From an uncultured Gemmatimonas sp. (GTDB taxonomy: Bacteria > Gemmatimonadota > Gemmatimonadetes > Gemmatimonadales > GWC2-71-9), in NCBI GenBank assembly GCA_964439025.1, contig CAYTMW010000009.1, positions 35,749 to 99,748 of the forward strand: DNA of 64,000 nt, given 5' to 3'. Positions within the stretch are counted from its first letter, which is position 1, and every line of letters begins with the position of its first letter. The notes under the pieces are model-generated. The model was not told the DNA's origin. It saw only the letters and a list, made by a program, of their open reading frames with translations, and made no database searches. A program made the translations under genes and the position numbers. Below are positions 19,059 to 26,940 of the stretch, in pieces.

Positions 19059-19080
19059 CCGATAGCCGATCGCTATCCGG

Positions 19081-19491
19081 TCAATGCTGCATCCCCTCCT
19101 GTGCCAACGCCGACGCCGACAGCGGCACCCGCACCAGCGAGCCGCCATCGACCGCAATCTCGAAGGCGTACGTGCCGGGCCGGGGAAACGGCACATCGAA
19201 CACGAGCACCGCGCCCGCCTCGATCTCTGTCACCCCCGGCGGCGGCGGCCCGAAGTGCACCATCCCCTCGCCCCCGATCAGCTCCGCTCCCTGGTCGTCC
19301 ACGAAGCGGATACGGATCGGGTGATCGCCGACTTCGGAGCGGCGTCCCCGCACCCGCAGCACCAGGTGGGTGCGCGGATGCACCGCGGGGAACGCAGCCA
19401 CCCAGACGTGCTGGAAGATGCCCAGCACGGAGAGCTTCCCGTGCTGGTCGATCAGCGCGTAATCCGCGAGCACCGCGAAGTCGACCTGCAC
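19081..19491 (-). CDS. Hypothetical protein
   Basis: 136-aa ORF starting 1 nt after the cyclophilin gene on the same strand. Composition is plausible for coding. No motif recognised. Confidence 0.6.
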   Translation of the reverse strand: MQVDFAVLADYALIDQHGKLSVLGIFQHVWVAAFPAVHPRTHLVLRVRGRRSEVGDHPIRIRFVDDQGAELIGGEGMVHFGPPPPGVTEIEAGAVLVFDVPFPRPGTYAFEIAVDGGSLVRVPLSASALAQEGMQH

Positions 19492-19492
19492 C

Positions 19493-19939
19493 TCAAGACA
19501 CGCGAATTGATTTGATCTCGTCGTCCTTCTGAAGGGTGTTGACCACGTCCATCCCCTCCGTCACCTGCCCGAACACGGTGTGCTTCCGGTCGAGGTGCGG
19601 CTGGGGCGCGTGACAGATAAAAAACTGGCTCCCCCCGGTGTCCTTCCCCGCGTGCGCCATCGACAGGGTCCCGGCCACATGGCGGTGGGTGTTGAGATGC
19701 GTCTCGCACTTGATCTTGTAGCCGGGCCCGCCGGTGCCGACCCGGGGATCCTTCGGATTCCTCGAGAGGGGGTCGCCTCCCTGGACCATGAATTCCCCGA
19801 TGACCCGGTGGAATCGGGTGCCGTCGTAGAACTCCGCGTTGGCGAGCTTCTCGAAGTTTGCGACGGTGCCCGGCACTTCAGTGTCGTACAGCTCGGCCGT
19901 GAGGGTGCCTCGGCTCGTTTCGATCGTAGCAGTTTTCAT
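19493..19939 (-). CDS. Peptidyl-prolyl cis-trans isomerase (cyclophilin type)
   Basis: Contains 'G..T.ELY....P.TV.NF..L......YDG..FHRVI..FM.QGGDP' and 'G.L.MA.AG.DT.GSQFFI'. Confidence 0.92.
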   Translation of the reverse strand: MKTATIETSRGTLTAELYDTEVPGTVANFEKLANAEFYDGTRFHRVIGEFMVQGGDPLSRNPKDPRVGTGGPGYKIKCETHLNTHRHVAGTLSMAHAGKDTGGSQFFICHAPQPHLDRKHTVFGQVTEGMDVVNTLQKDDEIKSIRVS

Positions 19940-19946
19940 GAGAGGA

Positions 19947-19999
19947 GGGGTTGGGGGTTGGGGGTTGGGGGTTGGGGGCTGGGGGTTGGGGGTTGGGGG
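19947..19999 (+). repeat. (GGGGGTT)x8 heptamer array (one CT variant); (CCCCCAA)n on the coding strand of the flanking genes
   Basis: Read directly from the sequence. Starts 8 nt upstream of the cyclophilin start codon and ends 13 nt downstream of the preceding gene's stop. Confidence 0.95.
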
Positions 20000-20011
20000 C
20001 GCGGGAGAATT

Positions 20012-22102
20012 CTAGTCGCCCGCGCCCGCGCCGGGAACGAGGGAGCGAAGCCGGGCGCTCCACTCCTCGGGATCGGCGGTCGGCGCGAGGCAGCGGTCGC
20101 CGGCGCACACAATCGCGCGCACCTCCCCCGCCAGCGGTACCAGCGCCCGGAGCGCCGGCGTCAGCCGCGCCGGATCGGCGCCGGGGAGGAGCCGGATCAC
20201 CACCTGCCGAGGCACGAAGAAGGCCAGCGCGCGGCGGTGCAGCTCGTCGGCGCCCGCGTCACCCTCCGGACCGGTGACGAGCAGGTGTACCGCCGGATGC
20301 ATGAGCCAGTCGGCAGCGAGCAGATATGCCGACGCGAAGATTCCCAGATGACTGCCCAGCCCGCCGAACGCGGTCACCAGCGCGCGATGGCGCTCTCGCC
20401 AGCGGTCCTCCCTGGTGTACTCGAAGAGCCGAGCCAGGGTGACGCCGGCCACCCCGTTGGAAGACGCGTTGGGACTGTCCTGAATCGGTTTTGCCGGAGC
20501 GGTGAGGAGACCCTCTCCGCCACGGTCGCGCGCGACATCGAGAAAGCCGCCGCGCTCTCCGTCCCAGTGATCCTCCCAGACCCGGTCCATCAACCCGGCG
20601 GCCCAGGTGAGCCAGCGGGTATGGCCGGTGACCTCGAAGGCATTGAGCGCCGAGGCGGCGCATTGCACCGGATCGTCGAGCAGGCCGGCCGCCCCGTCGG
20701 GGAGATGGGCGACGCGATCGCCCGGACCCTGCCCGCGCCGCACCTGTTCCAGCGCGTCGAGCCCGTGACGGACCGCCGTCTGGGAGCCGACCGCCGGCCC
20801 AGCACGAAGCAGCGCCCCCGCGAGCATCGCATTCCAGTTGGAATACGCCGTCGGATCGACGAAGGGCGCGGGGCGCTCGAGCCGCGCGGCCCGGAGGCGC
20901 ACCTCGATGCGCATCAGCATCGATTGCACCACAGCGAGGGCGAGATCGAATCGGCGCGCGAGCTCCTCGGGCGTGGCTGCGCGGAACAGCACGTTTCGGG
21001 TCGGGTCGTGGGGCATCCGGCCATGGGTTCCCACTCCGTACCGCGCGATGGCCAGCTCGTATTCGGCCTCGGAGAGGGCGGCGCGAATCTCCTCCGCGCT
21101 CCAGGTGAAGTAACTGCCGTCGTCCCCGGGGCCGCGATCGGCGTCCTGGCTCGCGCCAAATCCGCCGCCGTCGCGGGCCAGCACCTCACCGATCCAGCGC
21201 ACGACCTCACCAGCGGCATCGAGCCAGTCGGCACGCCGGAAGAGCGCACCCGCGGCCCCGAATACCGTCAGAAGCTCCGCGTTGTCGGAGGCCATCTTTT
21301 CGAAATGGGGAATGATCCACCGCTCGTCCACGCTGTAGCGATGGAATCCGCCGCCGAGGAGGTCCCGGAAGCCGCCGTTGGCCATACCGTCGAGCGTACG
21401 CTCGATGGCTGCGCGAAGCGTTGCCTCCGGCGCATCGCACCAGCGATGCAGGAGGAACATGAGCGTGGCAGGATGGGGAAACTTGGGTGAGAGGCCGAAT
21501 CCCCCGTGCACTCGGTCGGCGGCGGCGAGGATTCGGTGACCGGCGTCGGCGATCGCCGGACTGCTCACCTCACCGGGGGCGGTCTCGTCGAGGTACTCGG
21601 TCAGCGCCTCGCGCAACGCGCTCGCCTGCCGGGCGACGGTCGCGCGCTCGGTGCGCCAGACTTCCTCCACCCGCTCGAGGATCTGGAGGAATGAGGGGCG
21701 TCCGTGCGCCGGCTCGGGAGGGAAGTAGGTGCCTCCGAAAAACAGCTCGGCATCGGGGGTCAGAAACCCGGTGAGCGGCCAGCCGCCCTGCCGGGTAATC
21801 GCCTGCACCGCGCGCTGATAGCGCGTGTCCACGTCGGGGCGCTCGTCCCGATCCACCTTCACACAGACGAAATGCGCGTTGAGATACTCGGCGAGCGCCG
21901 GGTTCTCATAGGATTCTTCGTCCATCACGTGGCACCAGTGGCACCAGACCGCGCCGATATCCAGCAGGACGGGACGGTCGGTTTCCCTGGCCCGCTCGAA
22001 CGGCTCCGGCCCCCAGGCGTCCCACCACACCGGCTGGTGCGCCGCGCTGCGAAGATAGGCCGAGGGCGCCTCGCCCAGACGGTTGGTGCCCATGCGGCGC
22101 AA
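20012..22102 (-). CDS. Thioredoxin-domain (DUF255/YyaL-type) protein with N-acylglucosamine-2-epimerase-like alpha/alpha domain
   Basis: Contains 'W..WG.E.F..A.....P.LLDIGA.WCHWCHVM..ESYE......LN..FV.VKVDR.ERPD.D..Y'. 696 aa. Confidence 0.85.
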   Translation of the reverse strand: MRRMGTNRLGEAPSAYLRSAAHQPVWWDAWGPEPFERARETDRPVLLDIGAVWCHWCHVMDEESYENPALAEYLNAHFVCVKVDRDERPDVDTRYQRAVQAITRQGGWPLTGFLTPDAELFFGGTYFPPEPAHGRPSFLQILERVEEVWRTERATVARQASALREALTEYLDETAPGEVSSPAIADAGHRILAAADRVHGGFGLSPKFPHPATLMFLLHRWCDAPEATLRAAIERTLDGMANGGFRDLLGGGFHRYSVDERWIIPHFEKMASDNAELLTVFGAAGALFRRADWLDAAGEVVRWIGEVLARDGGGFGASQDADRGPGDDGSYFTWSAEEIRAALSEAEYELAIARYGVGTHGRMPHDPTRNVLFRAATPEELARRFDLALAVVQSMLMRIEVRLRAARLERPAPFVDPTAYSNWNAMLAGALLRAGPAVGSQTAVRHGLDALEQVRRGQGPGDRVAHLPDGAAGLLDDPVQCAASALNAFEVTGHTRWLTWAAGLMDRVWEDHWDGERGGFLDVARDRGGEGLLTAPAKPIQDSPNASSNGVAGVTLARLFEYTREDRWRERHRALVTAFGGLGSHLGIFASAYLLAADWLMHPAVHLLVTGPEGDAGADELHRRALAFFVPRQVVIRLLPGADPARLTPALRALVPLAGEVRAIVCAGDRCLAPTADPEEWSARLRSLVPGAGAGD

Positions 22103-22120
22103 AGCTAGTAGAATTGGCGG

Positions 22121-22774
22121 ATGGACGAGATGGAGCCGCTCCTGGAAGAAGCGATCCGCGCCCTCTCCGCCGCCTTCGCGACGGATCGACTGTCACTCGA
22201 CCAGTTCGAGTCCCGCCTGGTGCTGGTGCGCCAGGCCCCCAACCGCGCCACACTCGACGCGATCCTCGCCGACCTGGTGCCCTCGGAAGAATTCACCATC
22301 CCCACCGGACTCGTGGCGGCGGCGGATCACACCGGTGGGGCTGGGCACCATGAGCTCATTCCGGTCGAGCCGGCGGAGCTGCTGCGGATCAAAACGGTCA
22401 TGGGCTCTTCCAAACGGGCCGGCTCCTGGACGGTCCCGCTCCGCCTCGAGCTCAAGGTGGTTCTTGGAGAGCTCACCATCGACTTGCGCGATGCGGTCTT
22501 CTGCTCCGACGTGCTGGACGTCGACGTAAACGTGGTGCTCGGCAGCCTGACCCTGATTGTCCCCGCCGGCACCCAGGTCGAGAACGAAAGCGAGGAGAAA
22601 TTCAGCAGCTCGAGTCATTCGGTGCGCTCGACCAAGGGCCTTGCCCGGATCGGGCTCCTGGTCCGCATCACCGGCCAGGTCAAGTGGAGCAGCCTCGAGA
22701 TCAAGGAGAAGCGGCCCACGGGAGAAGGACCCCAGATGCCGCGATGGATGAAGATGCTGGGGGCGGGGGAGTGA
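22121..22774 (+). CDS. DUF1707 + LiaF-like C-terminal domain protein
   Basis: N-terminus 'DRLSLDQFESRL......A..RA.LDAILADL'. C-terminal beta-rich 'VLGELTIDLRDA...DV.VNVVLGSLTLIVP.G' is LiaF-like. Family call from memory. Confidence 0.6.
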   Translation: MDEMEPLLEEAIRALSAAFATDRLSLDQFESRLVLVRQAPNRATLDAILADLVPSEEFTIPTGLVAAADHTGGAGHHELIPVEPAELLRIKTVMGSSKRAGSWTVPLRLELKVVLGELTIDLRDAVFCSDVLDVDVNVVLGSLTLIVPAGTQVENESEEKFSSSSHSVRSTKGLARIGLLVRITGQVKWSSLEIKEKRPTGEGPQMPRWMKMLGAGE

Positions 22775-22798
22775 GCGGTGAGCGGTGAGCGGTGAGCG
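22771..22798. repeat. (GTGAGCG)x4 heptamer array
   Basis: Read directly from the sequence. The first unit contains the TGA stop (22772-22774) of the upstream gene. It abuts MITE copy B. Confidence 0.95.
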
Positions 22799-22806
22799 GG
22801 AACACC

Positions 22807-22990
22807 GTGTCACGCTGAGCGCAGCGAAGCCGAGGCTCACGTCTCTCCGCGGGCTCGGGAGCGGGCTGGCCTCCGGGGGCGCTCGAGTTCGCTATGCTCA
22901 CTAGCGCCCCCGTCATCAACCCGCTCCCTGCGCCCGCTGACAATCCCGGGTTGTCCACGCTTCGGTCGCTGCGCTCTTTCAGTGTGACAC
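22807..22990 (+). mobile_element. MITE-like foldback repeat, copy B (most complete, long terminal inverted repeats)
   Basis: Left end GTGTCACGCTGAGCGCAGCGAAGCCGAGG. Reverse complement of the right end GTGTCACACTGAAAGAGCGCAGCGACCGAAGCGTGG. Internal nested stems GGGAGCGGGCTG/CAaCCCGCTCCC and GGGGGCGCT/AGCGCCCCC. Confidence 0.65.
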
Positions 22991-23017
22991 CAGCACCCAG
23001 CATCCAGCATCCAGCAA
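22990..23017. repeat. (CCAGCAY)x4 heptamer array
   Basis: Read directly from the sequence. Lies between the right end of MITE B and the nth stop codon (23018-23020). Confidence 0.9.
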
Positions 23018-23650
23018 CTACACGAGGGAGCTCGGACACACCTGATTCAAGACACACTCCCCGCAGCGCGGCCTCCGCGCGATGCACACCCGCCGTCCAT
23101 GCCAGATCAGCAAGTGAGAAAACAGCGCCCACTCTTCTCGCGGCACCAGCGCCATCAGATCTTGTTCGATTTTTTCCGGGGTCGTCTGGCGGGTTAGGCC
23201 GAGGAGCGTCGAGAGCCGGGCCACGTGAGTATCCACGGTGACCCCCTCGTTGAGCCCGTAGGCGTTGCCCAGGATGACGTTGGCCGTCTTCCGGCCGACC
23301 CCGGGCAGCGCCTGCAGCGCATCCATGGTCTTCGGGGCCAGACCGCCATGGGATGCGGTAAGCGCCTGCGCCATTCCGATCAGACTCTTTGCCTTGTTGC
23401 GGAAGAATCCGGTGGAGCGGATCAGCTCCTCGACATCCTCCTGGCGGGCCTTCGCCAGCGCGGCCGACGTCGGATAGCGGGAGAACACCGCCGGGGTCAC
23501 CAGGTTCACCCTGACGTCGGTGCACTGCGCGGAGAGGATCGTGGCGACCAGGAGCTCGAAGGGGGTGCGGTGGTTGAGCTCGCAGTGGGCGTCGGGATAC
23601 GCCTGCTTGAGCAGTGCGATGACCCTCGCGGTCCGCTCCCGTTTTCTCAT
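23018..23650 (-). CDS. nth: Endonuclease III (DNA glycosylase/AP lyase)
   Basis: Contains '[17 protein letters not shown]', HhH '[11 protein letters not shown]', 'VDTHV.R', and an Fe-S cluster C-x6-C-x2-C-x5-C at the C-terminus. Confidence 0.93.
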   Translation of the reverse strand: MRKRERTARVIALLKQAYPDAHCELNHRTPFELLVATILSAQCTDVRVNLVTPAVFSRYPTSAALAKARQEDVEELIRSTGFFRNKAKSLIGMAQALTASHGGLAPKTMDALQALPGVGRKTANVILGNAYGLNEGVTVDTHVARLSTLLGLTRQTTPEKIEQDLMALVPREEWALFSHLLIWHGRRVCIARRPRCGECVLNQVCPSSLV

Positions 23651-25377
23651 ACGCCCCGCCGCCCCCGGGCGAACTGCAGGAACTCCTCGGCCGATCTGGT
23701 GTTCAGCACATCCGCCCTGGTGAGCCCGCCTTTCCGCGCGATCCCCACTCCGAATGGCATGTTGCCGATACCGGCGCGGCTGTGGGCATCGGAGCCGATG
23801 GAAATCATGACCCCGAGCTCGCGCGCCCGGCCAACCACCCGCCAGTCCAAGTCGAGCCGGTGGGGATCGGCGTTGATCTCGATGGCAACCCGATTCGCCG
23901 CGGCCTTCCGGAAGACCTGTTCGAGATCGATCGCGTACGGATCGCGGGACAGGAGCAGCCGGCCGGTGGGGTGGCCCAGAATGGTGAGATAGGGGCTGTC
24001 GAGGGCCCGGAGCACCCGCGCCGTCATTTCGGTCTCGCTCATGGCGAATCGAGAGTGGATCGATCCGATGACGAAGTCGAACCCGGCCAGGACCTCATCG
24101 TCGTAGTCCAGGCGTCCGTCGGCCAGGATATCCGATTCGATCCCCTTGAGGACCCGGATACCGGTGAGGCGCGCGTTCACCTGGTCGATCTCGGCCCACT
24201 GCTGGTGGAGTTTGTCCACCGAGAGGCCGCCGGCATAGGCTGCCGCCTTGCTGTGATCGGTGAGACCCACGTAGGTGTACCCCGCGTCCCGGCACGCCGT
24301 GGCGAGCTCCTCGATTTCGAGCGTCCCGTCGGAGTAGCTGGTGTGGCAGTGCAGAAAGCCGGCGAGGTCGGACTCCACCAGCAGCGCCGGCAGCGGACCC
24401 GCCGCCGCGCGGGCCACCTCGTCGCTTCCTTCGCGGAGCTCGGGAGGGATTTCGGCGAGCCCAAGCGCGCGATAGAGCGACGCTTCGTCCGGCGTCGGGA
24501 CAAACTCGCTGCCGCGCCAGAGCGCCGCGGCGGTAAAAGCCATCCCGCGCGCGGCGGCATGGGCGGTGAGGCGCTCGAGGTGGGCATCGCTTCCAGTGGC
24601 CTGAACCAGAACGGCGCCGACATTCGGCGGCGGAGTGACTACGATGCGGGCCGCCATGTCGCCGGGGGTCCTGAGCGTCACCCGCCGCTCGTCCTCGCCG
24701 CCGACCTCCTCCATTCCCGGGAAGTGCGCGAGGGCGCGGAAGATCTCGGCGGCGGGCGACTCGGAAACCACCACGTGCACGAGCTCGCGTACCACCTCGC
24801 AGCGCCTCCTGACTTCCCCCGCGACGATGGCGTCGGTTACGCCCGGCACGCGGGCGAGGGCGACGCGCAAGAGCTCCGCCTCTTCGGCAGCGTGATGGGC
24901 GAGCCGGAGCCCGACCACGCGTCGCTTCATGGCGATGCCCTTGAGTATGCTCTCCACCGTCTTCGGCCCGAATCCCGGCAGCTTGCCGAGCCGCCCATCG
25001 CGCGCCGCGGCCTCGAGATCCGCCAGCGATTCGATGCCAAGCTTCGCGTGGATGGCCTTGACGCGCGACGCGCCGAGCCCGGAGATACCGTGCATCTCGA
25101 GGAGACCAGCCGGCACCTCCCGCCGCAGGTCTTCCAGCAACACGCATTGCCCTGCCTCGATCAGCTCCTTCACGATGGAGAGGGTGGCCGGACCGACTCC
25201 CTTGGTGGCCTTGAGTGTACCGTCGGCGAGCGCGGCCGCCGGCTCGACGGCCAGTCCGCGAATTGCTTTCGCCACGATGCGGAAAGCGCGGATTCGGAAA
25301 GGATTCTCTTCGCGGAATTCCAGGTGGGCGGCGATCTGCTCCAGGACCCTCGCGATTGCCGTCCGATCCATGCTCAT
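23647..25377 (-). CDS. polX: Family X DNA polymerase with C-terminal PHP phosphoesterase domain (PolX)
   Basis: N-terminus '[13 protein letters not shown]' with HhH motifs ([16 protein letters not shown]). PHP domain 'HCHTSYSDG....E....A...[10 protein letters not shown]'. Start at the ATG overlapping the upstream stop (ATGA). Confidence 0.88.
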   Translation of the reverse strand: MSMDRTAIARVLEQIAAHLEFREENPFRIRAFRIVAKAIRGLAVEPAAALADGTLKATKGVGPATLSIVKELIEAGQCVLLEDLRREVPAGLLEMHGISGLGASRVKAIHAKLGIESLADLEAAARDGRLGKLPGFGPKTVESILKGIAMKRRVVGLRLAHHAAEEAELLRVALARVPGVTDAIVAGEVRRRCEVVRELVHVVVSESPAAEIFRALAHFPGMEEVGGEDERRVTLRTPGDMAARIVVTPPPNVGAVLVQATGSDAHLERLTAHAAARGMAFTAAALWRGSEFVPTPDEASLYRALGLAEIPPELREGSDEVARAAAGPLPALLVESDLAGFLHCHTSYSDGTLEIEELATACRDAGYTYVGLTDHSKAAAYAGGLSVDKLHQQWAEIDQVNARLTGIRVLKGIESDILADGRLDYDDEVLAGFDFVIGSIHSRFAMSETEMTARVLRALDSPYLTILGHPTGRLLLSRDPYAIDLEQVFRKAAANRVAIEINADPHRLDLDWRVVGRARELGVMISIGSDAHSRAGIGNMPFGVGIARKGGLTRADVLNTRSAEEFLQFARGRRGV

Positions 25378-26027
25378 CGAGCCTCCTCCACACGCCACGC
25401 GAGCTCGAGCAGCTCTTCTTCGCCCTGGATGGAGGCGAGTCCCGCGGCCTCTCCCCCAGCAAGGGTCGGAGCGAACAGCGTGGAGCCATCGGTGCGCACG
25501 AGCCCGCGTGGCGCCTCGCCCGTCACCTCGGCAACCGTCAGTCCCTCCCGGCCGGGATGCAGTCCGAACACCGCGACGACCGAGCGCGCGCCGTCCCGCG
25601 GGGTAGTGAACCATCCGTCCAGCGGCTCGGGGGCGGCGCCCACGACCGGGAGGCCCCAGACCCGAAGCGAGGGAAGCTGAACGTATGCGGCGGCCGCTCG
25701 GGGGGTGCCCGCCGAGCGGTGATCCGTTCGAGCGGCCAGGAGTCGCGCAAGCAGAGAGTCGTCGATAGCCACCACCTGCTCGCCATCCAGCCAGAAGAGA
25801 TACGACGCGTGGATCAATGCGGCCAATCCCTGCACCTCTTCGCCGAACCCTTCGTCAGGCCGAAGCTCCTGCATCAGCAGGTTCACCTCGCGCACCAGCA
25901 GGAAGGCATCTCGATCGCTGGGATCGCGCCCCGCCTCGGCAATGGCCTGTCTGAGGGCGGGAAACCGCTCCGGCGCGAGCCCGCCGAAGACGAGAGAGAA
26001 CGGCGTGGGACGCTCCACGGTCATCAT
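25374..26027 (-). CDS. Hypothetical protein translationally coupled to PolX
   Basis: 217-aa ORF with ATGA overlaps at both ends. No motif recognised. Confidence 0.6.
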   Translation of the reverse strand: MMTVERPTPFSLVFGGLAPERFPALRQAIAEAGRDPSDRDAFLLVREVNLLMQELRPDEGFGEEVQGLAALIHASYLFWLDGEQVVAIDDSLLARLLAARTDHRSAGTPRAAAAYVQLPSLRVWGLPVVGAAPEPLDGWFTTPRDGARSVVAVFGLHPGREGLTVAEVTGEAPRGLVRTDGSTLFAPTLAGGEAAGLASIQGEEELLELAWRVEEAR

Positions 26028-26863
26028 GCTTCGCGCGGGAGAAAGTCATCCAGCGCGCGCGCGAAGAGCTCCGGCGATTCCACATAGGGGACGTGCCCGC
26101 ACTCCGGGAGCAGAACGAACCGGCCGCGCAGGAGCCCGGCGAGGTCGCGGGCGGTCTCCTCCGGAATCGGATCGTCGTCGCCATGCAGCACGAGCGCGGG
26201 AAGCTGGAGCGCGGGAATGCGCGGCCGGAGATCGAAGTCGCCCAGGCTCTCCCAGACCTCCTGCTGGGTGCGGCCGGTAATTCGGAATGGCGTCATCTCG
26301 CTCGCGCGCCGCCAATCGTGGAAATACCCGGCGACGGACAGCTCGAACATTTTCCGGCGATACTCCTCGGGGCTCCGCTCCCGCAGTCCGCCAGCCTGCA
26401 CCGCGGCGCGCTCCATCTGCACCTCAGGAGCGGCGTTCCGCGCCGCGAGCCGGCGTTCGAGCTCGCCGCGCGCGCCCCGCCAGACCGGCGCCGGCGACAC
26501 CAGGGCAAGACTCGCGACCTTGTCCGGGTGCTCGAGCGCGTAGAGCAGCGCCAGCAGGGCGCCCCACGAGTAGCCGGCGATGGAAAGGCGGGGGATGTCC
26601 CAGAGCGCGCGGAGCGCCTCGAGATCCTCGACCTGTTCAGGCCAACCCACCGGAACATCCCGTGCCACCGCCGAACGTCCCCCGCCGCGCTGATCGTAGT
26701 AGATCAGCAGCCGCCGGTGCGCCACCCGGTCGAATCCGGGAAGGAGATAGTCATGATGCGCGCCGGGCCCCCCGTGCAGCACCACGGTGGGAGGACCCGC
26801 GCCCTTCCGTCGCTCGAACAGCGTCACGCCGCGGACCGTGCGTTGGCTCGTGCTCTCAGGCAT
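26024..26863 (-). CDS. Alpha/beta hydrolase (proline iminopeptidase-like)
   Basis: Contains 'VVLHGGPGA', nucleophile elbow 'GYSWGA', and a C-terminal '..GH.P..E.P' His region. Confidence 0.8.
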   Translation of the reverse strand: MPESTSQRTVRGVTLFERRKGAGPPTVVLHGGPGAHHDYLLPGFDRVAHRRLLIYYDQRGGGRSAVARDVPVGWPEQVEDLEALRALWDIPRLSIAGYSWGALLALLYALEHPDKVASLALVSPAPVWRGARGELERRLAARNAAPEVQMERAAVQAGGLRERSPEEYRRKMFELSVAGYFHDWRRASEMTPFRITGRTQQEVWESLGDFDLRPRIPALQLPALVLHGDDDPIPEETARDLAGLLRGRFVLLPECGHVPYVESPELFARALDDFLPREA

Positions 26864-26893
26864 GACAGGCTCCGAGTGCGGCCACAGCGGGGA

Positions 26894-26938
26894 GCTAACA
26901 GCTAACCGCTAACTGCCGATAGCCGATAGCCAATAGCG
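26894..26938. repeat. Composite heptamer array (GCTAACN)x3 + GCC + (GATAGCC)x2 + AATAGCG
   Basis: Read directly from the sequence. Fills most of the spacer between the GAF gene stop (26941) and the hydrolase start (26863). Confidence 0.9.
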
Positions 26939-26940
26939 CT

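Noticed and set aside
19947-19999. TTGGGG(G) repeats resembling ciliate telomeric repeats.
   Set aside because: The array is internal, lies between two ordinary bacterial genes, and belongs to the same period-7 array phenomenon seen with unrelated units elsewhere. There is no evidence of a chromosome end.
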